This document shows, one piece after another, positions 1 to 30,506 of a stretch of DNA of 64,000 bases (position 1 is its first letter; each line of letters begins with the position of its first letter). The notes under the pieces were generated by a model, which made no database searches, had not been told where the DNA came from, and saw only the letters and a program-made list of their open reading frames with translations. The position numbers and the translations under genes are program-made. Source of the stretch: the human T2T-CHM13v2.0 reference genome, Homo sapiens; NCBI RefSeq assembly GCF_009914755.1, contig NC_060944.1; one strand, written 5' to 3'.

Positions 1-105
1 GAGAATTGCTTGAACCTGGGAGGCAGAGGTTGCAGTGAGCCAAGATCATGCCACTGCACTCCAGCCTGGGCGACAAAGCGAGACTCCATCTAAAAAAAAA
101 AAAAA
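1..105 (+). mobile_element. Alu right arm (cut by window edge)
   Basis: Alu consensus with A tail. Confidence 0.95.
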
Positions 106-342
106 GAATGTTAGAGTGGTTAGGTATTGTTAGGTATGTATGTGGAGTTTAGCAATCTAGTCCAGCCCCTTCATTCGAGAGGTGAGGAAACAGGCTCAGA
201 GGACTCACTGAAAGATGGCAGCAGAGCTCCAGTGAGGTTTATAAGTTTCTTAAAAGTTGTGCAGTTTTGGGGTCCCATACTTTTTAGGTCAAAATCATTC
301 TCATGGCTTCAGCCCCTATCAAAATGCTGAAGGCTCCCAATC

Positions 343-426
343 TGTATATCTAGCCTAGCACTGTCTCCTGCCATCCAGGCCCATTGTATGTCTAGCCTAG
401 CACTGTCTCCTGCCATCCAGGCCCAA
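343..426. repeat. 42-bp tandem duplication
   Basis: tgtat(a/g)tctagcctagcactgtctcctgccatccaggccca occurs at 343 and 385. Confidence 0.95.
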
Positions 427-978
427 TAACCTTCTGCCCACTGGGATGCTCACAGCCACTCAGAGCCTGCTCTTGCCTTCCTTATCTCAGGGAAGCCAGA
501 CCCCTGGGAGTTATCCTTGCCAGCAGCCCCTCCCTCTCACTTACAGCCAGGCCGTCCCAAAGCCTTTGGATCCTGCCTCATCAGGGTCTCTTGGACTCAT
601 CTACTCTGCCCTCCCCAACTAGGGAGGAGGCCTAGCCCAGGCCTAGACCCCTGCAGTGGCTTCCTGTCATGTCTCCCTCCATCCTGCCAGTCCTTTGCCA
701 TGCTTCCCATTGCAGGGGAGTAATGTTTCTAAAACACACATCTGATTGTGTAGCCTCATGCTCAAAAGAATATGTCAGTGGTTCCCCGAACTTCTCAGGA
801 TCAAGAAGTTTAGTCTCCTTGACAGGGATTTAGGTCAACTTCATCACTTCCCACCTTCCCCTCACAAAACAATCTTTTTTTCTTACCTAATTCCTATTTT
901 TTAACTTCAGCTGTCTGTGTATCTGGCCCTGCAGACAGAAAGCTTTCTCTGACTCCCTCTAAAAGTCTGAATTCTCTG

Positions 979-1281
979 ACTGGGCGCTGTGCTCATGCCT
1001 ATAATCCCAGCAGTTTGAGAGGCCAAGGCAGAGGATCTCTTGAGGCCAGGAATTCAAGACCAGCCCAGACAACATAGCAAGATTTCACCTCTACAATCAA
1101 TCAGTCAATCAACCAATCAGCCAAGTGTGGTGGTGTACACCTGTAGTCCCAGCTGCTTGGGAGGCTGAGGTGGGAGGATTGCTTGAACTAAGGAGGTCAA
1201 GGCTGCAGTGAGCTGTGATCGTGCCACCGCATTCCAGCTTGGGTGACAGAACTAGACCCTGTCTTTAAAAAATTTTAAAAA
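979..1281 (+). mobile_element. AluJ-type element with (AATC)n linker
   Basis: Alu consensus, TSD agtctgaattct on both sides. Confidence 0.9.
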
Positions 1282-1770
1282 ATCCCCACAGAGTCTGAAT
1301 TCTATCCCATCAGTGTGCCTCTCCCATGAATTACTGTGTCCTTTCCTCATGATGGCATCTGGCGCCATATGGTTAAAGCCTGCTTGCTTGTCTGTTTTCC
1401 TCAGTGGACTCGGAGCTTTGTGATTCACACTCACATTGCATCCCCAGGACCTAACATAAAGGGTCTGCTTAATATGTTCTAAGTGGGGTTAATACTTTGT
1501 AGAAACAAGCAAAAAAAAAAAATTTGTTAAAGCTGAAATTCATGTATCTGAAGAAACTGTATCTTCAGTGTTACCAAGAAGCCTCTAGTGAAGCTGCCCC
1601 AGTCCCTCACCAGTGATGGATGGGCACAGCTGAGCACAGTGTATTTTTTCCCAGAGTTTGTCCCTTTTGGCTCAGTCCTGAGCTCTTTATCTTTCACAGG
1701 CTCCCCTGTGAGGAATTATGTTCTGAGAGAAACCGTTCATGAGATGGATTCTACTTTGTTTCTCACTCAG

Positions 1771-1872
1771 GCCATGGAGAGTAAGTTGCTTGTTGGAGGA
1801 AAAAATATAGTAGATCATACGAATGAACAGCAGAAAATCCTGGAGCAGAAACGACAGGAAATTGCAGAGCAG
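1771..1872 (+). CDS. KIF3B: KIF3B internal coding exon (exon 3), coiled-coil stalk
   Basis: ctcactcag|GCC...CAG|gtaact, 102 nt, phase 0/0. Encodes [34 protein letters not shown], a kinesin-2 KIF3B stalk sequence. Confidence 0.97.
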
Positions 1873-2079
1873 GTAACTTTTCATTCTTTTTCAGGGAGAA
1901 TGGGTGAGGTAAGGTGTGTTTATGCTGCAGAGCAAACGTCTCATATTAGACTCTCTTCAAAGAGAATGAGAGCAAGGTGTGTCTGCCTCATCCTAGCTGG
2001 AGACTCTGATCCTAGCTTGGGGAACCCAGCATAGACACAGTCTCTAGGGCAAGCTGATGAATTTTGTCATGTTGCTCAG

Positions 2080-2202
2080 AAACGTCGAGAAAGAGAAATC
2101 CAGCAACAGATGGAAAGTCGAGATGAGGAGACCTTGGAACTTAAAGAGACATACAGCTCATTGCAGCAAGAGGTGGACATCAAGACCAAAAAACTCAAAA
2201 AG
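2080..2202 (+). CDS. KIF3B: KIF3B exon 4
   Basis: gctcag|AAA...AAG|gtatga, 123 nt. Encodes [41 protein letters not shown]. Confidence 0.97.
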
Positions 2203-2308
2203 GTATGAAAGGAATGAGGCCAGATGGAGTTGCCTTGAGACTTGGGGAAAGGGAGAACTCTACCCTTTGGACAGACACCCTCCTCACCTGCCTCTCCCCT
2301 CATTCCAG

Positions 2309-2427
2309 CTCTTCTCCAAGCTTCAGGCAGTGAAGGCTGAGATCCATGACCTCCAAGAAGAACACATCAAGGAGCGCCAAGAGCTAGAGCAGACTCAGAA
2401 TGAGCTCACCAGGGAGCTGAAACTCAA
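2309..2427 (+). CDS. KIF3B: KIF3B exon 5
   Basis: cattccag|CTC...AA|gtaagt, 119 nt, phase 0/2. Encodes [39 protein letters not shown](K). Confidence 0.97.
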
Positions 2428-2505
2428 GTAAGTGCCAGGCCTTCCATAGTGCCCCCAAGCCACTTGCTGAGTCATTGATCTCGTTTGTTTAGTTAGAAAC
2501 AGCCC

Positions 2506-7017
<4,512 letters not shown>

Positions 7018-7209
7018 TTAAGCATTTATTTATTTATTTCTGGACTTTCAATACTGTTCCATTGTTCTATATATCTATCCTCATGCTAGTACCATTCTGT
7101 CTTAATTACTATAGCTTTGTTAGTTTTGAAATCAGGAAGTGTGAGTCCTCCAGCCTTGTTCTTTTTCAGGAGTGTTTTGACTGTTCAGGGTCCCTTGCAT
7201 TTCCATATT

Positions 7210-7564
7210 CAAACATACTTTGTTTTACTGCACTCTGCTTTGTTATAATTCACAGATATTACATTTTCTACAAATTGAAGGTTTGTGGAAACCCTGCATA
7301 AAGCAAGTCTGTTGGCACCATTTTTTCAACAGCATATGCTCTCTTCATGTCTCTGTGTAAGCATTTATTAGCAATAAAGTATTCTTAAAGTCTATACTTT
7401 TTGTAGACAAAATGGTATTATACATTTAATAGACTACAGTATAGTGTAAGCATAACTTTTATATGCACTGGGAAACCAAAAAATTGTGTTACTTGCTTTA
7501 TTGTGATACTTACTTTATTGGAGTAGTCTGGAACCAAACCCACAGTATCTCTGAGGTATGCCTC
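7210..7564 (+). mobile_element. Internally deleted Tigger1 DNA transposon
   Basis: Resembles the Tigger1 left end (..ctacaaattgaaggtttgtgg..accctgc) and right end (gtctggaaccaaacccacagtatctctgaggtatgcct). Confidence 0.8.
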
Positions 7565-7860
7565 TACATTTTAAGGTCAGCTTGTCAATTTCTGCAAACA
7601 AAGCCAGCTGGGATTTTGATATTGATCACATTGAATCTGTAGATCAATTTGGGCAATATTGTCATCTTAACAGTATTAAGTATTCAGATCCATGAACATG
7701 AGAAGTCTTTCCATTTATTTATTATTTCTTTAATTTTTCTCGAGAATGTTTTGTAGTTTTCAGTGTATAATTCTTACACTTTTGTTAAATTTATACCTAA
7801 GGGTTTTTTGGGTGCTATGGTATATGACATTGTTTTCTTAATTTTATTTTTGGAATATTA

Positions 7861-10074
<2,214 letters not shown>

Positions 10075-10231
10075 ATTGATTTTTGTCTACACAATGATAT
10101 TTTTATACCTAAAAAAATTAAGTTTCTTAGTATTTTCTAGTACCCAATCCACATTCAGATTTTCTTGGTTTGCTCGTTTTAGGATCTACATATTAGGACT
10201 ACATGTTACATTTGGTTATTAAGTCTCTTAG

Positions 10232-12838
<2,607 letters not shown>

Positions 12839-13642
12839 TATATCTCTTTTTATATCTTTTGAGTAAACAGTGAGTCAGCCTCTTTCTCACAGTACCCTAT
12901 ACCTCTGTGCTGTTTGCTTTGTGTCCCTTCCATGTTCATTTCCTTTTGGCATTGTTTTGTCCTGAGGCTTTAGAAGAGTAAAGGCAGAGATATAATGGGA
13001 GACAGTCATCACCATAGAGAAACACCACCAGTGGGTTCCAGTTTCCTTGTTTGATGTGTTTCCTGGGCACTTGTCAGACAGAGACTGTTAGTAGGAATGG
13101 TCTTCATTCTCAGGGGCTGAAATCCACTTAGTCCTGCTTTTTATCCTGGTCAGTTAGAATGGGAAATTTTCCAGCTTGGACAACGAGCCATGGGATTGGA
13201 GTAAGGCAGTTTAATTTCTTCTGTTTTTGGCATTTTGGAAGTTAATGACCTTGGTTATCAGCACCAGTGGCCCTCTGAAAGATACTTCAGGTAGCAAATG
13301 TTCACTCCAATATAGCCCAGGGGTCACCTCCCTCTTGAGCCTGTTCACATCCTGCCCCTTCCCAGGCAGAAGTGACCTCTCCATATTTCTAAGACAGACC
13401 ACTGTCAGTACCTATTATACCTAACAGGGCTGCACCATTACCCTTTGTTTCAGGCAGGAGCCAGATGTCATTTGTGTCTGTATCTCAGCTCTTTGTATGA
13501 TGTTAGGCCCATCGTACTTGCTGAGTAAATGTTTGCTATGTGCCTTGACTCTTACCTGATTACTCACCATGCATGAGACCAGATAGCTGACACTTCATAT
13601 GTATTCTGTATCTGTTTTCACCTGTTATGTGTGCTCTTACAG

Positions 13643-13756
13643 GCATCTTATTATAGAAAACTTTATCCCTCTGGAAGAAAAAAGTAAAATTATGAATAGA
13701 GCCTTCTTTGATGAAGAGGAAGATCATTGGAAACTACATCCTATAACCAGACTGGA
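13643..13756 (+). CDS. KIF3B: KIF3B exon 6
   Basis: ctcttacag|G...GA|gtaagt, 114 nt, phase 2/2. Encodes [37 protein letters not shown](E). Not in the ORF track; found by reading splice sites and frame. Confidence 0.96.
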
Positions 13757-14427
13757 GTAAGTCACTATTAACTTTAAGTATATTTTCAAGTATGAGGGAG
13801 GAAAAGAATGTTGATAACAAGAGCCCTCTGGTCAACAAAGGGGTTTGATAAGAACACAGTTTGGCTTATTTAAACTCAAAACCCACTGCATTACTGATTT
13901 TCTAGCTGCCATAGATCCACCAGGTAAAAGTTTGATCATGAGTGTGGTTTTAGGAATTGGGAGACTTTGTCACTAGTGAGTGAGCAAGTGACCTTTCCAA
14001 AGTTCCTGCATTTCTGTTTCTCCAGCTGTGAAGTGAAGTATGCTAGGTCACGTAAGGGGCAATTCAGAGCTGTTATCTTTGTGTGTCATTCTGACCCACA
14101 GTGTTGAGAAGGATTCTCATGCTAAGTCTGGGTGCTGCTGGAAAGATGGGAGACACCTGGCAGGGATGCAGAGGTGGGGGGTGTTGACAGCTATGCTTTG
14201 TGAATGCTGTCTAAGAACTGGGTGATGATTAAAAATCTCTTCTGGCTTAAAAGATGCATGATGCTCTGAATCAGAAAGCAACTCAAGCAGAAAACAGAAG
14301 CATTTCCCGTCCCACTTACGTCAGCCTGCAGTCCAGGGAGTTACTTGCTTCAGGTTCTGTCAGTGTCTTCCGAGTGCTGGTTCCACAGGACTCCAGCCAG
14401 GGCTTTAACACTGCAGTTCATTTCCAG

Positions 14428-14533
14428 GAACCAGCAGATGATGAAGCGGCCAGTCTCAGCCGTGGGATATAAGAGACCATTGAGCCAGCACGCAAGAATG
14501 TCCATGATGATTCGTCCAGAGGCCCGATATAGG
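14428..14533 (+). CDS. KIF3B: KIF3B exon 7
   Basis: tttccag|G...AGG|gtgaga, 106 nt, phase 2/0. Encodes NQQMMKRPVSAVGYKRPLSQHARMSMMIRPEARYR. Confidence 0.96.
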
Positions 14534-14689
14534 GTGAGAAGATCCTTCTTGGGTTTTTCTCCTGTCTCTTTTGGAGTCTAGATTTGTGTAAGCCCTTAGA
14601 TACTATTCCACTCAGAGTTCATACCTTCTTTCCAGAGGTACTTGAAGACATTTATACCAATAACAATTATAACAAATAATAAATAAATA

Positions 14690-16372
<1,683 letters not shown>

Positions 16373-17012
16373 TGAGCACTTGCTGTGTGCTGGGCATTGT
16401 ACCCAGCACTTGACTGCTTTCTCTAATTAAGTTTCCCCATCTTCTCTATGCATTCAGTCCTGTTGCTTAAAGGTCAAGTAGTGGGGCAAGTGGCTGAACT
16501 AGGATACACAACGTATTAAGTTATAGAGTAATTTACACCAGAAGTATATATATGATATAAAATTTGATGTAAAATGTATTGAAATGTAAACTGTTTTTCT
16601 CTGGTTGGTGGAAGCACACTCAATGTTTTTTTTCTTTTTGCTCATCTGTATTTTATAACTATCAATAGGGAACTTGTATTATTTTTATAGTGAAAGATTT
16701 TCACTTGAAATATTTTTAGATGTTTCTGAGTCTCTCTTGGCAGCCAGAGCCAAACAGAAGATTACGGTTAGTTAGCTCTTTGGGTGCCATTCTTCCTGGC
16801 TTTGAGTTATTTAAAAGAAAGAAAGCAAAAGCAAAAAATTAGGTGGAGTTAGGTGTTGTAAAACGGCATCACTTCTTTCAGGCAGGCTCTTTCTTGATAG
16901 GCCCTGAATAACAAGCAATTTGCACTTCTATTCTTGGAGGGGCCCTCGATTGCTTGTACTGCCTGTGTCCAGTTGGAGGCTAACCTAGCTGGTGATGGCT
17001 GTGCTTCTGCAG

Positions 17013-17191
17013 GCAGAAAACATTGTGCTGTTAGAGCTGGACATGCCCAGCCGGACCACCAGAGACTATGAGGGTCCAGCCATTGCCCCCAAGGTCCAGG
17101 CTGCATTGGATGCGGCTCTGCAGGATGAAGATGAGATACAGGTGGATGCATCATCATTTGAAAGCACTGCAAATAAGAAATCCAAGGCCAG
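17013..17191 (+). CDS. KIF3B: KIF3B exon 8
   Basis: cttctgcag|GCA...AG|gtgagt, 179 nt, phase 0/2. Encodes [59 protein letters not shown](R). Confidence 0.97.
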
Positions 17192-18094
17192 GTGAGTGGC
17201 TTTGATGACGTGTGTTTAAACAGAACATGTTTGAACAAGGACAAACCAAAGCAAGAATGCTTGTTTATCATGGAATACTTTGCAGAACACACTAGAAAAT
17301 ATTGCCATATTACTCCTATGTTTACTTATTTATTCTACAAATATTTATGGTTGAGACACTATGCTGGGTATACCGAATACCAGAATACCTAATGTCCCCA
17401 GTCCCTTACTATAAGGTGAATGTGTTCTAGTGAAATAGCAGTCAGTTCTTCTGTTCTCATGAGGTGTCCGGTAGTTCTAAGTGCTTTACAAACATTCTCT
17501 TAATGATTTCCTGTAAAAACTTAGAAGGCAAATATTATAATCAGTCCCATTTTATAGACAAGAAAACTGAAACTTAGAGAATTTGAGAAAGTAGCCATCT
17601 TTAAGGAAACCCAGCAAGTAAGGGCCAAAGCAAGAATTCAAAAATAGGTCAATCCAGATCCACAACCCAGTCTCTGGGCCTCCATGCTAAGTTTACCTCA
17701 CCCATGTGGTGCAAAACTAGTAATTCTGTCTTATTACATCCTGGATTAAAAGTTGTAGGAAAACAATTGGGTGGAAAACCAAAATGGAAGAAATTCTACC
17801 TGCAAACTTAATATTTTTTTATCAATCAGGAAAGGACAGTACAGTCAAGCTTTGGTTTTAAAGAAGAACAATTGCTAAGCATCAGAGTCTCCTTCTCTCA
17901 GGTTCCACACCTCTGTTCTGAGGCCATTTTCACCATCCCCAAAGGTTCAGGCTGTGCCAGTGTAGTGGTTTTACAGTTGAACTTGTCGTTTTCAGGCCAT
18001 TGAAGAATGGCCTGAAATGAAATGTTAATGACATCTGATGTGTCAGGGACAGAGATGGGGACATGTAATATAAACATGTGTTTGACTTTTGCAG

Positions 18095-18191
18095 GCCTAA
18101 AAGTGGAAGGAAGTCGGGATCCTCCTCCTCTTCCTCAGGAACCCCTGCATCTCAGCTTTATCCACAGTCTCGGGGGCTGGTTCCAAAGTAA
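18095..18191 (+). CDS. KIF3B: KIF3B terminal exon, coding part
   Basis: ttttgcag|G CCT AAA...CCA AAG TAA. Encodes PKSGRKSGSSSSSSGTPASQLYPQSRGLVPK*; frame is continuous with exon 8. Confidence 0.96.
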
Positions 18192-20176
18192 AGCCAGCTT
18201 CTCCTCTCCCAGGGCGGAAACAGCATTTGCCTTCTGAGAGAAGAGACTAGCAAAAAGCTGCAGAGAGGATTCGGCCCAAACTCAGAACTGTTCCCCTGAG
18301 GAGAAGCGGTGGCCTCTTTGCAGATCAACCAACTTAATCTGGTTGAACGTGCTGTTCCTAATCTGGCACTCAGCCCCTCTGGGAAACATCTTTTAATTAG
18401 CATCTCAGAAATGCATGGGTAAGGTAAAGTGCGATAGTTCAAGTGGAAAGCAAGAGAATGACCAGTGACCTTGCTTCCTTCCCCCTTGCCTTCTTCTCCC
18501 CCTTCCCCTGTGCTCCCTTTCTCTCCTCTCTCCTTTTCTAGCCTGTTCTTTACATGGGGCTCCCTTCTTGTTGAACAATAGGGCAGAATCAGGAGTCACC
18601 TTAGCAGGACCACATCTTTGGAGCCTCGGGATAAAATGACAGTGAGGTTGAAAAGTGAAAACCCTAGAACTTGAATAGGTGCCTGTTCTTGTAGGGAGAA
18701 ATGAGAAATCGCATTTGGATCCAGGCCCCAGGTGGGCACCATCAGCAGTCTTGCTTCCATGCACCTCAGTAAGAAGTGGATCTGCCTTTGGGACCTGCTC
18801 AGTGAGGAAATCTCTTCCAATTTCTGCTTCTGAATGATTCAATGTTGGGAGCAATAGAAATAACATTCCCTTTGCCTTCTCTGAGTGTTTAGGGAAATAG
18901 CTTCTTTAAAACCTCAAAACCATGACCATCCTGTCAAAGACCTAAGTCTGTAAGCTGGTGCCATGTCCATACACCATGTCACTTTACTCTTCATTTGTCA
19001 CCATCTTTTCCCATGCACGCATACTCTGAACATCCTTGTGTGGGCCCATCCTCTGCATCCAGAGCATGCTCTGCAGTGGGCCTGTTTTGTGGAAGAAAGG
19101 AGGCTGTCTCTGCCTTCTCTGATGGGACTGGAGTTGAGGGAAGGAGCTGTATTGTGGCACTTCTGAATTCCCCGTTTTGTTCCATATTGGTATAGAGAGC
19201 AGAAGAGTAGCTAGGCAGATGCAGAGATGGAGACATGAGACTCAGTGCAGTGGGCAGGGAAGACATAACAGATGGAAGCAAAGGAATCCTGCCTGCCTTC
19301 AGCAGAGAATTCACCGAATCCTAGAACTGTGGCTCCCTCCAGGCAGAGCCTAAGATGCTGGTGAAGAATAGCTGTGTGATTGAATAGGCTCAAAGGAGAG
19401 TTCAGAATTCCCATTTACATATTACTAGTTTGGTTTGTAAGTTTTAGTTCCTTGTATTATTGAGATTCAGAGCTTCATTTTATGTTGGTCATTAGGTGAA
19501 TATTACTCATTTTCCCTCAAGAGAAGCTCATAAGTGTGTGTGGGTGTGAGAGCACGATGGTGCCTGTGTTCTGTGAATGTGTCCATATGTGTCTGTAAGA
19601 GAGACAGAGACCAAGAACTTGCCCAATTTTAGAAATACACTAATGTGCAGTTGTTGCCTTTTGTCTGTATTGAAGGCCCATTGAATGACTAATCCAGGCT
19701 GGAAGCATTCCCATGTGGGTGTCTGAGTCCATGAGCCAAGCCTGAGGGGACAGTGAGTCTCCAGGTCTGCCACACTGGTGCACCTTGCTGGCACGGTGCC
19801 TCAGGAAGGTGGCGACTCAGGTGGGCCTTGAGTTATATTTTAACTCAGCTGCTCAGTTCCCAGGGCACATTTCTGGATCAGAACCCATGGGAAACAGGAG
19901 GTACTAAGTGCAATGTCTTAGCATTCTGCAAAATGGAGATCTGTTGTCCAGCGGCTTATCTCCTTTTTAGTAACCCTTCTTTCTGAACCCAGGGCCCTTT
20001 TCAGCCTTCCCTCATCTTTTCTTGAGATCAAACTTTACTTCTTTCTTATTTACTAAGAATTTGCCTGTTTGAATAAGAACAAAACGCTAAGGTGGGTAGC
20101 CTAAGCTGATTTTCTGCTGGTTACACGTGTCTCTCACACCACATTTCCTCAAAGCTAATCTGAATTCTGTAGGCTA

Positions 20177-20563
<387 letters not shown>

Positions 20564-21847
20564 CTATACATTAATACTGGTATCTCGAGGTGACTCTTCT
20601 GACCAAGGGTGGTTAAGTGACACATAGAACTTTTCTAAGAGAAGACAGACAAGTTGACAGGCATGCCTTGTACTCAGCTGTGTTCATGTGGTGGTCTGTG
20701 GAAAGAAAAGAAGACTCATTTGGAAATGAAGCTGTCCCTTTCCAAGCAGTCTCTGGTGCTTTTCTTCTCTCAAAATGGATCCGATAAATATTTGAATAGA
20801 GCAGATTGTAGAATGTCGTGCTGTCACCAGAAAGCTGCTGTTTTGGGTTCTGCATTGAGCCAAATATGTAGAGGACCTACCAAGCCCACTGAGGGACTAG
20901 GTTTTCATGTCTCTAGTCATACCTAGAATGTTCTGAGCCGTCTGAGGGCCTTCATGCCGGCAGCAGCTAGCAAAGCCAGAAAGCAAGTCTAACAGGATCT
21001 AAGATGACCATCAGGAGAAGGAGTTTGAGACTGTGTATGCAACCCCCAATAGACCCCCTTTTACTCTGATCTGGAGAATGTATCTGGCTTCATATTTTCA
21101 AGTCACATGTCTCTCAGACCCCTGGATTCAGAACCCAAGGCCACAAATCATAGGCATGAAGCACTTTCTTAAGACTGACCTAACGCTGGATTATTTCCCG
21201 TCCAATGCCTGCATGCTGCTTGAATTGCTCCACCCACACCTCCATGACCAAGGGCGCCAGAGTGCTGCAACTGGGGCGTGGGCCGCTCTCTGCTTTTCCT
21301 GTCTGACTCTGACAAGTCCTCCCTCACTGAATGTAGAATCGTTGCCAAGTTTCTGAGAAGTGTCGATTCCCTGTTAACATGGATATCAGTTCTGCCTCAC
21401 ATTTCCCACTTGAGGTTGAGGCGTACTGGAGACAACACCTCAGACCATCTGAACCCCATCAGTGGATGAAAATGGGGCTGTTAATATACTCTAAAAGCCA
21501 TACTAAAAATGCTCTGAGGGAACTGGCTAAGAATAGTGGGCCTGGTGATTGTCTATCACGCAAGGCTTTGTTTTGTACTGTTCAGAAATCTGTCACCTTT
21601 CTGCCTGCCCTTGTTTCCTGAATGAAATGCTTCTGGGGTTATTTATGAAAGGAGTGATCCTGGGGCAGGCAGGAGGCAGTGGGCTTCATGGCTCCTTGAA
21701 GTTATTACTGATCTTGACCTTCTCTTTGGCTACCTTTAGACAAAGAATACGCCAATCAATACTTGGGGCTCTAAGTTTTACAATTGATATTTATTTGTAT
21801 CATCTCTTTGTCTAGGAATGTAAAAGTGATTCTAAACTAAGATGTGT

Positions 21848-21853
21848 AATAAA
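21848..21853 (+). terminator. KIF3B polyadenylation signal AATAAA (second AATAAA at 21950-21955)
   Basis: Canonical hexamer with upstream TGTA elements, at the point where unique UTR sequence gives way to repeats. Confidence 0.8.
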
Positions 21854-22027
21854 AATCAATCAGATTTATTGTACCTACAAAAAGGTGTCCTCATAAATGA
21901 CTAAGGCTTTTGAAAATGACATGCCTGTGGCTGACACACTGCCATTTTCAATAAACATTTTAACTGGGTGGGAGTGGGAAAATGAAGATTGAGTTGGGAT
22001 GCTGGCATTATTTAATATAGCAACAAG

Positions 22028-28051
<6,024 letters not shown>

Positions 28052-28113
28052 TGTTTTTTCCCTTTTTAAAAAACAAAAATACAACAAAACCCACACAACT
28101 TTATTGAGATTTA

Positions 28114-28458
28114 CAGTCATGCATTGCTTAACAATGGGGAGACCATCTGAGAAATGCATCATTAGGTGATTTCATCACTGTGTGATCACTATGAAGTGTA
28201 TGTGCACAAGCTTACTGGTATAGCCTACCACACAATTAGGCTATATAGTATAGCCTATTGCTTCTAGGCTACAAAGCTGTAAAGCATGTTACTGCACTGA
28301 ATACTGTAGGCAATTGTAACACAATGGTAAGTGTTTGTGTGGCTAAACATTTCTAAACAGAAAAGGTACAGTAAAAATATGTTATTATAATCTTATGGGA
28401 CCACCATGGTATATGCAGTCTGTCATTAACCAAAATGTCCTTATGTGGTGTGTGGCTG
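28114..28458. mobile_element. Tigger3a/MER7A-type MITE
   Basis: TA-flanked cagtcatgcattgcttaac...ttatgtggtgtgtggctg termini, with internal tataatcttatgggaccacc. Confidence 0.85.
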
Positions 28459-28554
28459 TAATTCACTTAACATACAATTCACCCATTTAGTATACAATCC
28501 AATGCTTTTTTAGTGTATTCGCAGTTGTGCAACCATCACCATCATTAATTTTAG

Positions 28555-28839
<285 letters not shown>

Positions 28840-29640
28840 TGAGCCATAGCACTCAGCCACTATCATTAATTTTAAAACATTTTCAGGCCGGGCCCAGTGG
28901 CTCACTCCTGTAATCCTAGCACTTTGGAAGGCCGAGGCTGGTGGATCATTCAAGTTTAGGAGTTCAAGACCAGCCTGACCAACATGGTGAAACCCTGTCT
29001 CTACTAAAAATACAAAAAATTAGTTGGGCATGGTGGTGCACACCTGTAATCTCAGCTACTCGGGAGGCTGAGTCATGAGAATCGCTTGAACCTGGGAGGC
29101 GGGGGTTGCAGTGAGCCAAGATTGTGCCACCATACTCCAGCCTGGGCAACAGAGGAGGACTCCATCCCCAAAACAAAACAAAAAAACATTTTCATCACCC
29201 CAAGTATGCATTACCAGTCACTCCCCATTTTCTTTGAACTCTGTGGCCCTAGGCAACCTCTAATCCGCTGTGTCTCGTCTGCTCCTGGCTCTTTTTGGGT
29301 CTTATCTGTATTGCTATTTGCTCATCTGTAACTTCACAGGGTAACTGTGAGGTTTCAAAAGGTGATGTGAAAACATGAGAGCTTGTCTAGCAGGCCAAAC
29401 AAAGTGGCTGTGCCCTTCACTGCTGCCCTGACTCCTGGTTTGCCATCCCAGAGCAGGACAGCTCTGACGATGCGTTACTGAGGCAGTGTGAGCTGTAGTG
29501 AAGAGTGTGGGTGCCAGACCCAGAGGGCTGGATTGGGAATTCTGAACTCACGATTTACTAGCTTTGCAATTCTGGCAATGTTTCTAGACCTCCTTGGGGT
29601 TTCAGATTCCTCAACTGTCAAAAATGAGTCATAGCAAGTA

Positions 29641-30506
29641 TAGTCATGCATCCCTTAATGTCGGGATACTTTCTGATAAATGCATTATTTAGGCAATTTT
29701 GTCATTGCGTGAGCATGATAGAGTGTACTTACACAAATCTAGATGGTATATACATTTTATTTATATATTTTTTCTTCTCTTTTTTTTTTTTTTTTTTTTT
29801 TTCTTGAGACAGGGTCTCACTCTGTCACCCAGGCTCAAGTGATCCTCCCACCTCAGCCTCCCCAGTAGCTGGGACCACAGGTGTGCACCACCACACCCAG
29901 CTAAGTTTTTAATTTTTTGGTAGAGATGGGGGTCTCCCTGTGTTGCCCAGACTGGTCTTGAGCTCCTGGGCTCAAGCCATTCTCCTATATTTTTTCATGT
30001 GGAAAACGCAATGTCCCAGCACCGTTACTGAATATCACTCATCTCCTCTACTTGAGCTGCAATGTCAATATCAAGTGCCATATGTCAGATTTCCATTTTT
30101 TTGTTTCTTTCTTTCTTTCTTTTTTTTTTTTTTTTTTTTAAAAAAAAGACAGGGTCTCACTCTGATGCCCAGGGGAGAGTGCAGTAGCAGAATTCTGAAA
30201 CTCCTGGGCTCAAGCAATCCTCCCAGCTCAGCCTCCTGAGTAGCTAGGACTACAGGCTTGTGCCACTACCTCCGACTAATTTTTGTATTTTTTGTAGAGA
30301 TGGGGGTCTCACTATGTTGCCCAGGCTGGTTTCAAACTCCTAGCCTCAAGTGAGTCTCCCACCTTGGCCTTTTAAAGTGCCGAGATTACAGGCATGAGCC
30401 ACTGTGCCTGGCCTTATGTTTCTGTATATGCTCCACTATAATCTTATGGGACCACTGTCTTATATGTGGTCCATTGACTGAAGCATTATTATGCAATGCA
30501 TGACTA
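29641..30506. mobile_element. Tigger3-family element (Tigger3c-like) interrupted by two antisense Alus
   Basis: tagtcatgcat...atgcatgacta inverted termini flanked by TA. Confidence 0.8.

Noticed and set aside
1588-2431. 148-aa and 124-aa ORFs as standalone genes
   Set aside because: They are KIF3B exons read through into flanking introns.
17010-17016. Tandem acceptor CAGGCAG at KIF3B exon 8
   Set aside because: The AGs are 4 nt apart, so the distal one frameshifts. No support for use.
18325-18346. 7-bp hairpin in the KIF3B 3'UTR, and an imperfect hairpin at 39849-39886
   Set aside because: Short stems like these are expected by chance in 64 kb, and no RNA family was recognised.
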